Of a stretch of 64,000 nt of DNA, positions 23,176-34,162 are shown piece by piece (the first letter of the stretch is position 1; each line of letters opens with the position of its first letter). Position numbers and translations under genes: made by a program. The stretch lies in NCBI GenBank assembly GCA_937625935.1, contig OW569391.1, positions 124,001-188,000 on the forward strand, given 5' to 3'. This stretch comes from Tetramitus jugosus. Lineage: Eukaryota > Protista > Heterolobosea. The notes under the pieces were generated by a model that saw only the letters and a list, made by a program, of their open reading frames with translations, was not told the DNA's origin and made no database searches.

Positions 23176-23247
23176 GGGACAATGGTCTAGTGGTATGATT
23201 CTCGCTTTGGGTGCGAGAGGTCCGGAGTTCGATTCTCCGTTGTCCCC
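23176..23247 (+). tRNA. tRNA-Pro (TGG)
   Basis: Acceptor stem GGGACAA/TTGTCCC, D-arm TGGTCTAGTGGTATGA, anticodon arm CTCGC-TTTGGGT-GCGAG, T-loop GTTCGA, downstream T-run. Confidence 0.97.
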
Positions 23248-23479
23248 TGTTTTGCCAATTCTTGTGGTGTGGTTTGCTTAGTTGACGAATGCTCCTTTTT
23301 CAGTGGAAAAATCAACTTAAGGAAATGACAGCAAAATTTCATCTTGTAACCCTGGGTTGACTTCGTCTAGTTTGAGGAGATACTCATTGTTCAATGTTCT
23401 TTGAAGTTGGGTCAGCTCTCCGACCTTCCGTAAAAGATGGTTTGAATTTCCAGACTTTGAATCTACAGTAAAAACCAAA

Positions 23480-26400
23480 ATGACTTCCAAGAACATTGCA
23501 ACGAGCCACCAAAATTTGGTATCTCCCTCTACAAAGTACAGTGAGAAGAATGTCCATCATTTTCGAATTGCCAATGAACCATCGATTGGTGCCAATCAAC
23601 CACTTCCTCCAAACAAAGTAGTTCAGACCATCACATCACCAAGACGAGTGGTAAGATCCATTCAATCAACATTTAATTCTAATTTGACCAACAAGTCAAA
23701 CCCTAGTTCAACAAAGGCCCAACGAAAGCTTTCATTCTCCGCCATTGAACAACCACAAAGCGTAAGTATTTTTTGGCGCCAATTCCACTGTTTCCTGGAA
23801 ACTCAAACTTTTTTTGAACAAATGCAGCTCCTGACTGACAAGGAAGAGCAAAGAAGGAAGCGCTCTTGGGATCGGCTGACAAGTTTGTTGAAGAGAGCAA
23901 TAGATGATGTTTACATGGAATGTGAAGCTGAATGCACAACTGGACAAGACAGAAGCACGAATTTGATGTTTGAAACAGTGCTGGGTGCACATGCTTATAG
24001 TGAAATGTGTCAAGAAGTTGTTGATATTCTCGAAAAGGGTCTCAAGGATTTCATTGAGCTCAAACGAAGAGTTGATTTGGTGAATTCTCAGGATTTGAAC
24101 ATTGCGTGGACAGTAAGACCGACCTCCAATATCAAGAATGAAGTTATGGATGAAACTTTTCCACGAGAAAAAAGCAATGTCGATGCCAACGCAAAAGAAA
24201 TGTCATTTGAAGAACAATATGAGCAGTTGTTTGGTGAGAATAGTCCTTATGCCACACATGGAAAATCCTGGGCTGATTTGAGTGAATCTCCTCAAAAAGC
24301 AAGATCTTCTTCCTCAAGATCTACCTCTCCAATGGTCGAAACAACTGGAAATGCTTGGGGCTTAAACTCACCCACAAAAAGCAGTCAACAATATCAACTG
24401 CATCAGAAGCTTTCATCACCCACAAGAAGAAAACTATCTTCGAATGATATTAGAGACAGACAAGAAGAGAAGCTCGCACGAGCAGAATGGAACAGAAACT
24501 CAAAGCAAATACAAAATCAGTTGAAAGCTCAACGAGAAGCAGAAAGAACACAGCAAGTAACAGAACGCAAAGCGGAGCAGATAGCAATGAAGAAGGAACA
24601 GTCCGAAGAAAAAGTCCAAAGAGCACAAAAGAATCACTCAAACATTTTAAAGAAGAAAAGCGAAGATGCCAAGATGGAGAACATGAAAGTCGATGAAATT
24701 CGCTTTATCCAGAAAATGAACACAGAGGACACGAAGTTTCAACTGAACAAGAAATTAGCTGAGAGTAAGTTAAAAAGAGACAAAATCTTAACCGAACGAA
24801 AAGAGAAAATTAAAGAAGAATCAGTAAAGGAAGCAGCCGCAAAGAAGAAGAGAGAGGAAATCGAGATGCAACGCTTACTCGCACTTGAATCTCAACTAAA
24901 AATGAAGAAGGAGAAAGAAGAGCGCCTACAGGAAGAAAAGAGAAAGAAGAGTGCAGAACGACAATCAAAAACAATGCAATATGAGCACAAACTTCAAAAA
25001 ACTAAGGAAACGAAGATAAACGAACTAGAACAGATGAAGAATGATTACGAAAAGAGAATGGAAGCGAGTGCAGTGCGGAAAAGTCAAAGTTTAGAAATGA
25101 AGAGAGAAAAGGCAGCAGCCGAAGTGCAGAAGGTGAAAGATGTAAATACAAGGAAAACGGCTGAAAAGGATGAACTCTCCTTCAAGACAACATACAACAT
25201 TGACGACAAAACAAAGCGAGCGATTAAGAAGAGAACAAAAAAGATTAGACATAGACTAATGGGACAGAAAAAGAAACTTGATGTACTACCAAGTATCATA
25301 TCCACTGATGCAGTTGTAAAACCTAGATCAACCAAAATAAGGAAAAATATTATCGATCTTTATAGTCAAATTGCGGAAGATATATCGAAGATATCCATTG
25401 AAACAATAACTTCATTGAAAAGGAATATTGATTTTAGAGTAACACAGGACATCAAATATGTAATTCACGAAAATGTAGCTTATTGGTTGATTAAGATTTT
25501 GGAAGCGAACACTGATACTGTTGTTGAATCTTGCGTTGATGTTTTGGCCGAATTGTGTCAAAGCTCTGAAATCTGCTCGTTAATAATATCGAATCTCGAT
25601 CTCATACCTCTAATCGAACTATTGTCACAACAATTGTGCTTAGATATTACGAGCCAAGAGTCGCCAATCACACACAATCTCTGTACAATCATCTCTCAGT
25701 GCTTATCTAGTGAGGTAGTTGTGAAAGATCGAGCGATAGAACATACCATCCGAGAAGAAATCATCAATTACATTGTTGCGCTTGAAACAATCGATCAAAT
25801 GAAAGAACACTTTTTATTTGTTATTAGCACAAAGATAGGAGTAACGAGGAAAATTGTGGATTTCATATCATTGCTTCATGTAATCACCTCTCACTTTTCT
25901 CGAGTCGGTAAATTGCAGAGTGTATTCTTAAAGAAAGAGATACTGGGTTGCTCTACATTATTAAAGGCAGTAAAAGATTCTGCCCTCGCTGCAATTCCTC
26001 CTCTCCTGGTATGGACCCTTCTAGGCAACGGAGGAAACCAAAGCAATGTCAGTAGCACGATTGGGCAAAATGAACTGCAAGTTGTCTGTCACGCCGTAAA
26101 GGTATTGAATAATATTGCCTGTATTGATCTTGCTCTCGTCCAAGAATCACTAGGAGAAACCTTTCAGTCAGAACTGTTTCATATTGGACTGTCTATTTTA
26201 TCCCTCTGTACAACCGACCAAGAAGGAGCTAGTTCAATGAACCAAGAAGATCTCTATCAGATTCTCAATGATTTAATTCTATTGCTCGGCTTCTTCAGCA
26301 TGGAACATCCAAAGAATCAAGAAATGCTCCGTTTCAACAACGGAAACGACATTCTATTGCAGAGATTATGCTCTCTCCCTATTCGCTTCTTTACGGACCC

Positions 26401-26623
26401 TGCTTTGAAATCGGTCCTCATACCCACTTTGGTGTCTATTTGTGATAATAATGAACCAAATAAGCAGATTCTGGAACAACAACTCTCGACACAACTCATT
26501 ACATCATTCATGGAATCTATATCCACCCTTCCTAGACCAAATCCCTTGTCCAACCTCATGTACAGTCCTAAGTTCAGATTTTCCGAACAAAAGATCAAAG
26601 AGTGCGTGCAATTCCTATCGTAA
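23480..26623 (+). CDS. SCAPER: S-phase cyclin A-associated protein in the ER homolog (probable in-frame intron 23762-23827)
   Basis: LKRAIDDVYMECE..CQEVVDIL..DF N-terminal domain, long coiled coil, C-terminal LLQRLCSLPIRFF..LIPTL..NKQILEQQLS. Confidence 0.82.
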   Translation: MTSKNIATSHQNLVSPSTKYSEKNVHHFRIANEPSIGANQPLPPNKVVQTITSPRRVVRSIQSTFNSNLTNKSNPSSTKAQRKLSFSAIEQPQSVSIFWRQFHCFLETQTFFEQMQLLTDKEEQRRKRSWDRLTSLLKRAIDDVYMECEAECTTGQDRSTNLMFETVLGAHAYSEMCQEVVDILEKGLKDFIELKRRVDLVNSQDLNIAWTVRPTSNIKNEVMDETFPREKSNVDANAKEMSFEEQYEQLFGENSPYATHGKSWADLSESPQKARSSSSRSTSPMVETTGNAWGLNSPTKSSQQYQLHQKLSSPTRRKLSSNDIRDRQEEKLARAEWNRNSKQIQNQLKAQREAERTQQVTERKAEQIAMKKEQSEEKVQRAQKNHSNILKKKSEDAKMENMKVDEIRFIQKMNTEDTKFQLNKKLAESKLKRDKILTERKEKIKEESVKEAAAKKKREEIEMQRLLALESQLKMKKEKEERLQEEKRKKSAERQSKTMQYEHKLQKTKETKINELEQMKNDYEKRMEASAVRKSQSLEMKREKAAAEVQKVKDVNTRKTAEKDELSFKTTYNIDDKTKRAIKKRTKKIRHRLMGQKKKLDVLPSIISTDAVVKPRSTKIRKNIIDLYSQIAEDISKISIETITSLKRNIDFRVTQDIKYVIHENVAYWLIKILEANTDTVVESCVDVLAELCQSSEICSLIISNLDLIPLIELLSQQLCLDITSQESPITHNLCTIISQCLSSEVVVKDRAIEHTIREEIINYIVALETIDQMKEHFLFVISTKIGVTRKIVDFISLLHVITSHFSRVGKLQSVFLKKEILGCSTLLKAVKDSALAAIPPLLVWTLLGNGGNQSNVSSTIGQNELQVVCHAVKVLNNIACIDLALVQESLGETFQSELFHIGLSILSLCTTDQEGASSMNQEDLYQILNDLILLLGFFSMEHPKNQEMLRFNNGNDILLQRLCSLPIRFFTDPALKSVLIPTLVSICDNNEPNKQILEQQLSTQLITSFMESISTLPRPNPLSNLMYSPKFRFSEQKIKECVQFLS

Positions 26624-26774
26624 TATGACACATGACAGGACACTTTGCTCATAACTGTCACCGCTAATTGAAGACGAAACACGAAATGAAAAATTAAAAC
26701 CAGATACTGATGAAGTTAGGGATACAAGATCATCTATTCCTATATATTGATGCCTAACATGTGATCTTATTCGT

Positions 26775-27797
26775 TTACATGCTTGAGATATGAATGAGGA
26801 GTGCCAGAATAAATATGAGTACGAAATGCAGAAAATTATATGTTCGATCATTGGTACTCATGGTTACTTTAGCTGACTTATGTTGATGATTGTTCGTATT
26901 GTCAGACTTCTCCTCCCTTTCATTCTGTTTTTTCTTCAACCGCATTGCCTTTTGACTATTCTCGATGCTTACTAATCGTTGTTCCATTCTGGAAACATTC
27001 TGATAGATTTGTTCCACGGTACTTGTTTTTACGGAGATATAATCCATATTATTCTTCGATTGTTTCTTCTCTTGATTAGACAACGTCTTGCTTACTGTTT
27101 CAATCTGACATCGTAATGAGGTGGTTAAACGTTGAACTTCACCTCGACTCTTCTTGGTCTCACCCTTCATGCTAGCCACCTCTTGTATCAGCTCTTGGTG
27201 CTCTTTCGCTTTGCGTTGCATCTTGATTGATTGCTTCTCAAGATCCTTCCTCAAATGCTCAATCTCCTTCTCTTGATCTCTGTGCCTAAGTTCGTATTGA
27301 TCTTTCATCATGTTCATTTGTTCATTGGTTGTTTGAATCTGCTGTATCAAATTCTTCACAACAGACTCGAGCCGCTCCACTGCATCGAGAGCTTTCGCAG
27401 CATCAGAGGTCACCTTGTTGTCAATTGAATCACTTGAAGGCTCTAAAATCTGTACAGTACTTTTGAGAGGTGTGAATTGATCAAACTGTGCACTTTTGAC
27501 AAATTGTTCATCAGCCTGCTCCTTGGCTTGTTGTTGCTGTTCTACTTGTTGTTGGGGCAAGAGAAAGGTCAACCAGTGGAAAACATGCACGAGAACACCT
27601 TGAAGTAAACTAAATCTGAGAAAATCAAAACTGAATTTATCTTCCTGATCTGATGTAGCAAACAGTGGCTGGACATTACTGCCCTTTTCCAGGCGAAGAA
27701 GAATGGGCGAATCCAATCGAGCAGCACTGGAGTCATGGAACTTTCGCTTTGGTAGGGGACTGCTCATTGGCGATGAAGGAGTGGTTATTATATTCAT
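26775..27797 (-). CDS. Coiled-coil protein with C-terminal transmembrane anchor, unknown function
   Basis: Long heptad-rich ORF ending in FLHFVLIFILALLIHI; start codon uncertain. Confidence 0.6.
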   Translation of the reverse strand: MNIITTPSSPMSSPLPKRKFHDSSAARLDSPILLRLEKGSNVQPLFATSDQEDKFSFDFLRFSLLQGVLVHVFHWLTFLLPQQQVEQQQQAKEQADEQFVKSAQFDQFTPLKSTVQILEPSSDSIDNKVTSDAAKALDAVERLESVVKNLIQQIQTTNEQMNMMKDQYELRHRDQEKEIEHLRKDLEKQSIKMQRKAKEHQELIQEVASMKGETKKSRGEVQRLTTSLRCQIETVSKTLSNQEKKQSKNNMDYISVKTSTVEQIYQNVSRMEQRLVSIENSQKAMRLKKKQNEREEKSDNTNNHQHKSAKVTMSTNDRTYNFLHFVLIFILALLIHISSM

Positions 27798-27980
27798 ACT
27801 GTATCTATAGTGTACCAGGATGCCTTTACGCAGATCTGTCTTCAATTGGTTACTCAAGAATCTATGTTTTCCATTCTTGAATTCCTGTTATCTTTGAAAC
27901 GACATTTTTTTGGCGGCTTAAAATTAGTTCTTTTGGCGGCAAAATCCAGACCTCCAAACAAAACAAGACGTTGGTTATTT

Positions 27981-29018
27981 ATGCAGACTGACAGTGAAGA
28001 GATTATTGTTTACGGGGATGAAAGCTCCAATGATGTTTCTGCCATTATTTGGTATGAAGATTTGGCAGATGACCTGTGGATCCATATTCTGACCTTTCTG
28101 AGCACTGAAGAGCTCACGAAGCGAGTCCGTCTCACAAGCAAGAGAATCTTTGGGCCGTTATTGAAGAGTATCGCCCTGTGGAATCGTCTGTTGGCCAGAG
28201 ATTTCACCACGGTGACAACAGAATCATTGATTGATGATAAGCATCATCAACTTGTTCTAACGTCACAAAACGCGAACAATGAGCATTTGATGGAGCGATA
28301 TCGGCAATTGTACTACGACGCGATGTTTCCGTACGATCTGGAAAGAGTCTCCGTTCCTTTGGTCATGCCCTACTTTGTTTCCAATGTCTGGCTGGTCGGC
28401 AGTTGTCTGGGATATGGACCTGCATTAGCAGAGTCGCTTCGCCATGGTGTATTGCGACGATTGGAGCTTCAACGTCACGAACTATCACCTCCACCATCTA
28501 CAAACTACTATCTTCATCATTTTAAAAGTGGAATGTGGTCTCAGAAGACGCAATTGTGGCTCAGTTGTGGTCCTTCTCGATTTCAAGCTTGCTCAAGTCA
28601 TCTGAATCTGAGTTCGTGCGATTGTATCGTGTCATTGTTTGATTTGGACGATGACACGAATCAAATCGGTACCGATCGCAGTTCGTTATCCGTTGCGTTA
28701 TCCTATCTCACAAGATTGCTACGTGGGAAGCAATACCCAGCCATACTGGCCGGCATATCCATGTCCGCTAGGAATGATCATTTGACATCTGAGCAAGTAT
28801 CCACTCATGATATTCATGAATGGTGTTCAGAGAGAGGCATATACTATATTCAAGTACGATCTAGCGATCCAGACTCACTCTTTGAATTGATAAGACACAT
28901 AGCAGTGCACAACTCGAGCAGTGTTCGACACAGGAAAACAATGCGATGTATTCCCTCCAACAAACCACAGCCTGAGAATACAAGAGCAGGCACGAAATCC
29001 AATTGTATTCTGAGCTGA
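27981..29018 (+). CDS. F-box + degenerate Ras-superfamily domain with CaaX (CILS)
   Basis: F-box LADDLWIHILTFLSTEEL..VRLTSK; G-box remnants VWLVG..YG, QLWLSCG, CIVSLFDL, PAILAG, YYIQVRS; ends CILS. Confidence 0.65.
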   Translation: MQTDSEEIIVYGDESSNDVSAIIWYEDLADDLWIHILTFLSTEELTKRVRLTSKRIFGPLLKSIALWNRLLARDFTTVTTESLIDDKHHQLVLTSQNANNEHLMERYRQLYYDAMFPYDLERVSVPLVMPYFVSNVWLVGSCLGYGPALAESLRHGVLRRLELQRHELSPPPSTNYYLHHFKSGMWSQKTQLWLSCGPSRFQACSSHLNLSSCDCIVSLFDLDDDTNQIGTDRSSLSVALSYLTRLLRGKQYPAILAGISMSARNDHLTSEQVSTHDIHEWCSERGIYYIQVRSSDPDSLFELIRHIAVHNSSSVRHRKTMRCIPSNKPQPENTRAGTKSNCILS

Positions 29019-29490
29019 GCGTGTCGTGAAGAGCTCCAAGTATACCCAAAGTTTCCAATTCATCTCCAAACTATTTTTCCGTGAATCAACTTTCGTGATG
29101 CAGCGGAGAAAAAGAATTCGTGTTTTCCTTGGCAGCACGGAGCTTTTTTCGTGCCACCTTCAAAAAAATCTCGCCTCCCAAAAAAAAGAAATCACAAAAA
29201 CCACTTTTTTGAAACTAAAAGGACAAGAGCTTCCCTCTTTCAACTTTATCTCTTTACAAAGGTCATTCCCACAGCCATCACTTTTTGTAACGAATAACAA
29301 CACCCTTGATTAAACAACAGCGACAATTCAGTTCATTACCAGAGACGCTTGTTCGATACACCATTTTCGGTTGTTACTCCCCACACTTTCCACAATTTTG
29401 ACCATTAGTACCTTTACACTGCTTGTAAATTTCATTGGAACACTTAACCATTCGCTGCTATAGCCCCAAGACGAAACACTGTTAAAAAAA

Positions 29491-30532
29491 ATGCTGACCC
29501 ACACAACCTCACATGAGATTAATCATACTATGAGTAATAGTAGTATGATGACGGAACAGAGTCGTGCTGACTCCTCCTCCAGTTCTATGATGATTGAGAT
29601 TCCCTCATGCTTTTTCTCATCATACACCAAGCAGCACGACACCAATTCCGGTCGAGAACAAATTTGCTTCTTCAACCACGGTAGAAAGGGCGGGTACCGC
29701 TTTTAGCGTCGATGTCAATACCCCAACAAACAACTCAAAGGTTCACCACCGTACCAGCAACATCAACAATCGCAATGCTGCTGCTGCTACAGTGAATCAT
29801 ACAAACAACAACAACAACAATAACAAATCTCAGAGTATCACTTGTCAATTGGCTCAAGATGCTGACAAGATTATGAACGTTATGACTGGTCGATTGAAGG
29901 ATTTGGATTATGTGTGGAGACCTGTTGAGATTTCACTCTTGACTAGTACCACCAACAACAACAATGCTGCACAATTACAACAACAACAACAACAGGAACA
30001 GCAGCATTTGAAGAATCTGAATCAACAATTGAAACAGTCCAATGCATTTGTCAAGCACGTGACTCTCACTCTCAAGAAAAAGTTGGCTACTGAGCCAGGA
30101 GATGCCGTTCATTGCTTCACCATGATGTACAATGTCATTGCCAGTGCTAGAGCTGCTGCTGATAATCCAGCTGTCGCCAATGAGCATGACTTTGACTATG
30201 AAGACGACGATGAGGAGGAAGAGTCCTCTGCTGCTCAATGGACCAGTGTCGTTGCTGTCGTCATGGACGAAGATGGACAAGTCAAGAAGAGTGTCATGGT
30301 TCTGCAGGCACCTGATTCCTCTGCTCAATTCTCTCGCGAGTCACTCATCAATATTCTTGATGTGGCAGAGGTCTTGGGCTGTGAGAACGTGTACGTCGCA
30401 GTGAACAAGTGCATGTCACCAGCCACTGAACGAGTTCATATTACCAAGGGCTTCATGAACGTTGGTTTCCAGATGCAACACCCTAGAGTGTTGTCTGTGG
30501 ACGGTCATGTCGTTCTAGGATACGAGTTTTGA
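29491..30532 (+). CDS. OAZ: Ornithine decarboxylase antizyme, requiring +1 ribosomal frameshift at 29701-29706
   Basis: ORF1 (71 aa) ends GGYRF-TAG; the +1 frame ORF2 has the antizyme C-terminal domain SRESLINILDVAE..VYVAV..GFMNVGFQM..GYEF. Confidence 0.88.
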
Positions 30533-31125
30533 GATTGTTTTCATCATGCATGTGATGATACTGTTGTATGAAGGGGAAATACCATAGAAAGATTCGCGGT
30601 CTGACATTGTTCAGCGTATGCCTTTGTAAGGTCGTTGCGATAGGAGTCAAAGTATATTGATAACATGATAAGCGTGGTGTTTGTTGATTGATATTGGGAG
30701 TGTTCCATCCTGATTGAAAATCGTGTGAGCATCTGTGAAGCTTTGACAAATCTGTACTTTATTCCTTTGTTGCGATGGCTTGAAAGGTTGTCTGATTGCA
30801 TGACGACTGCTTGAGTTTGGTGGTGAGTACCCAAAACTACGAACCTTTACCATTTGTTTAATAACCCACTTAACTAACGAGTTGCATTGGGCAATTTGGA
30901 ACCTGTTCCCTGAAGGAAGAATCTTCGTCAGATTTTTCATTTCGAACGGATTCCATTTTTAGTGACAAAACACCGACAATCAAAAAGACGCAGAACAGCG
31001 AACTGAAAAAACAACAAAACAATTGAGTTTATTCGCCATCTCACCACCATAGTCACAAGAAATTCAATTAAAAAAAACCAACAAGAACAACAACAGAACA
31101 CATAGAAACAAAACACATTTTGAAA

Positions 31126-32151
31126 ATGTCATCATCACTGGATCCATTTGATACCGCAAAGGAAGAAGTCGTTCAAAAGCTAAACGTTGTCACCGCACTA
31201 TATGAACTTTTTCATGAACAAAAACAGGATGGAACGGGTGACCGTGCACTGAGTGACCTCATAAAAGAATTGAAAAAGAATTGTAAATCTGTTGATTTTT
31301 ACCTCAAGGATTTGGAGGCAACTGTGAAAATTGTAGAAAAGCATGTTATCATTGTCACACATAGTTATAGTTGTTGATTCCAAACGAAAGTCGAACTAAC
31401 CATTTTTTTTGCGTGTCTGTCTATAGACAACCAGCCAGATTCGGAATCAGTCAAAAAGAACTACAGAACAGAGTACAGTTTATTCAACAAACGAAAAATC
31501 AAGTGGCAGGCATTAAGAAGGTATGTGGAGGAACAATCATTATTCATTTTGTTATTGTTATTGTGGAAAAACAGTGAAAGCTAAACAATATTTTTATTCT
31601 CAAATTGAAATCATATGATTGGATGATTGGATAATTGTGTGAATCATGGATGATGAAAATAATCAATTGAATGAATGAACAAAAATTCACATGATGATGA
31701 ACTTGGCCAATGACAGGATATTGATTCGGCTGGATCACGAAGAGCGCGAAAAGAAGATCGTAAAAATTTGTTGGACCATGATCAATTCGAAGACCCGATT
31801 CAAACGGCTTACAATCGTCAAGTCGAACGAACCAATCAAGAATATATCAATGAACAAATGCTGCAGCAACAGCAGATTCGTAGAGACCAGGATCAAGGCA
31901 TTGATCAAGCCCTTGCAGCCACCAATCGAATTTATACGATTGCAAGTGAACTCGGTGAAGAATTGGACAACCAAAACAAGGAATTAGAGGAGATGGAGCA
32001 CGAAGTCGACCAAACAAACAGTTTATTGAAACGTACATCGCACAAGATGGAAAAGTTGATGAATGTGGGCGGTGATGTGGGAAAGATTATTTGTATTATT
32101 GTTTTGGTCGTTATTATTGCGTTGATGGTTGTGCTGCTGTTTGGTATTTAA
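31126..32151 (+). CDS. Syntaxin-6/Tlg1-like Qc-SNARE (introns 31341-31426 GC-AG, 31521-31716)
   Basis: DPF..KEEV, DLEATVKIVEKQPARFGIS, Qc SNARE motif QQQIRRDQDQGID..ELDNQ, C-terminal TM. Confidence 0.88.
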
Positions 32152-32268
32152 CTCATGTTATTTTGTATAAAAACTTTACAACACACCGACGTCTTCCTTC
32201 CTTTGAACTCTCAACCAAATTTCTCCGCCTGAAAACAAAACTCAACAGAAAAAATTCATTCACAACAA

Positions 32269-34137
32269 ATGCAATCATCCATGTTGTTGTTATCGTCGCT
32301 GCGACGAGGAGCAAGAACAATAACGACCAACAACAACAACAAGCATACTGTGCGTATATTGACTTGTCCACAACAACGACTCCATAGCAGCAACAACAAT
32401 CATTTTCCCCAATTTATTCCATATGAACAACAACAACAACAATCACACGAAGAACAACAGGAACATCGCCATCATGACTTGTTCATGTCAGACATGGACG
32501 AACATCAAACCAACCAACATCACTACCATCACCGTCACAACCATCAACATGATGATGATGATGAAATGAACTATAGTGGTGGTCATAGTGGTCGTGTTCA
32601 CATGAACAGTCGTCCCAAATGGGAAGAATGGAGCATTGAACAATTTTTGTCACCATTGTTGACTCGTGAAGAATTTGATCAATTGACTCGATCCATGACA
32701 GAATCATCATTTGCTTCTACACAGGCACTATCATCGTCGTCATTGTCATCTACTCATGACAATCATCAGAAGAATCGGAGAAATCAAATGTCGGCGACAG
32801 CGGTGAAAAATTTTACAGTGACCACGACAAATGTCATGCTCATGATTGGAGGCAAGGTCACATGGTCCACTATTCTTCAAATGATGCAATCTTGTTTTAT
32901 GATTGAGAGGCCTGATTTGGCAGAGAAAATATTTTTGCACTTGGATTCGAGTGAAGAGTACAGTCAGTGTCTACAAGCGTTTCACTATGGAGCGTTGATT
33001 GATGTTGCGATTCGTTATTCTCCGCGGTTTGATTGTGCGCAGTTGTTTCATTGCATTTTGGCGGGAGCAGAGAAGAATGAGTCAGTGAAGACAATGGATC
33101 AAGCACAGTTGTTTATGTTGTTGAGACTGGTGGTGTTTGAGGATAAAGTCACGTGGAAAATGTTTCCTGCGATGAAACGGTTGACTCATTGGCAAATGTC
33201 GCGATCGTATGATGACATGTCGACTATTGATTTTATGCGAGTCATGATTTTGTTTAAGAGGTGGAAGATTTCGGGACAGAAGAATGGTGCATCGAAACGA
33301 GCCTTTATTCTGCATTATTTAACGAGTTTGAAGCAAATGATTATTCATAATGGAGGATTAAGTGAACGAGAAGTGAATTTTCATTCCAAGTTAGTGATCC
33401 AAGTATTGGAATTGTTATATTATTTGAAAGATGAGAAAGAAAGTAAAGAATGGCAAGAAATGGCGCGACAGTATAGTATTGAGTTAAATTATCCATTGAT
33501 CGTGAATACGCTCAACGCAGGAACGAAAAAGCGCGGATTCAATTACGGTTATCAATTCTTAAAAGACTCAGAAAATTATTTTGCCCTGAAACCTGATATT
33601 ACACTATTTAATGTTGTGCTGACGCAGGCCAAAACAATTGCACAAGTGCATTCGTTGTTGAATGAGATGAATAATCAAAATATATCGCCTAATGTTAGTG
33701 CATTTATTCATATTATTCGATTACTTGTGTCACAAAATCGGATAGATCAGGCCAAGATGTTTTATGAACAAATGCAAGTGCATTGTGGAACTGATGAATT
33801 GAACTCTGTAGATTTATTCTTACTGGTGTCTGCGTTTGGTCCAGGCCCAGAAACAGAAGGAATTGTGAACATGTTACAACTGAGGAGTCTGTCAAATTTA
33901 ACGCCGAAACTCATTGGTTTATTGTGGAACTTCTCCAAGAGCTTCCGGTTATGGATGTTTGAGGAGATTACTCAACCTCATTTCAGTATATTAGCACCAA
34001 CGCATCGAGACGCGATCCATGCTCTACTTCGGTTCTTGGAACACAATGATCCATCGAATTACGACAAGGTACATGCCATTGTAACTCGGCAGCAACAAAC
34101 GACAAGATACCCTGATCCGCACCAAATGAACAACTAG
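32269..34137 (+). CDS. Pentatricopeptide repeat protein, probably mitochondrial
   Basis: Arg/Ser-rich presequence-like N-terminus; PPR-like KPDITLFNVVL..LLNEM..ISPNVSAFIHII..AKMFYEQM. Confidence 0.65.
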   Translation: MQSSMLLLSSLRRGARTITTNNNNKHTVRILTCPQQRLHSSNNNHFPQFIPYEQQQQQSHEEQQEHRHHDLFMSDMDEHQTNQHHYHHRHNHQHDDDDEMNYSGGHSGRVHMNSRPKWEEWSIEQFLSPLLTREEFDQLTRSMTESSFASTQALSSSSLSSTHDNHQKNRRNQMSATAVKNFTVTTTNVMLMIGGKVTWSTILQMMQSCFMIERPDLAEKIFLHLDSSEEYSQCLQAFHYGALIDVAIRYSPRFDCAQLFHCILAGAEKNESVKTMDQAQLFMLLRLVVFEDKVTWKMFPAMKRLTHWQMSRSYDDMSTIDFMRVMILFKRWKISGQKNGASKRAFILHYLTSLKQMIIHNGGLSEREVNFHSKLVIQVLELLYYLKDEKESKEWQEMARQYSIELNYPLIVNTLNAGTKKRGFNYGYQFLKDSENYFALKPDITLFNVVLTQAKTIAQVHSLLNEMNNQNISPNVSAFIHIIRLLVSQNRIDQAKMFYEQMQVHCGTDELNSVDLFLLVSAFGPGPETEGIVNMLQLRSLSNLTPKLIGLLWNFSKSFRLWMFEEITQPHFSILAPTHRDAIHALLRFLEHNDPSNYDKVHAIVTRQQQTTRYPDPHQMNN

Positions 34138-34162
34138 ATTAGATAAACGTTAACTACTCTTC

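Noticed and set aside
29543-29706. GTATGA..TTTTAG as an intron that would remove the need for the antizyme frameshift
   Set aside because: The donor is phase 1 but phase 2 is needed; the nearest phase-2 GT gives a 13-nt intron, and the conserved ORF1 end would be lost
5460-32151. Apparent cluster of endosomal trafficking genes (Vps39-like, TSPOON-like, VPS4, VPS37, syntaxin)
   Set aside because: Interspersed with unrelated genes; cannot be distinguished from chance without genome-wide statistics
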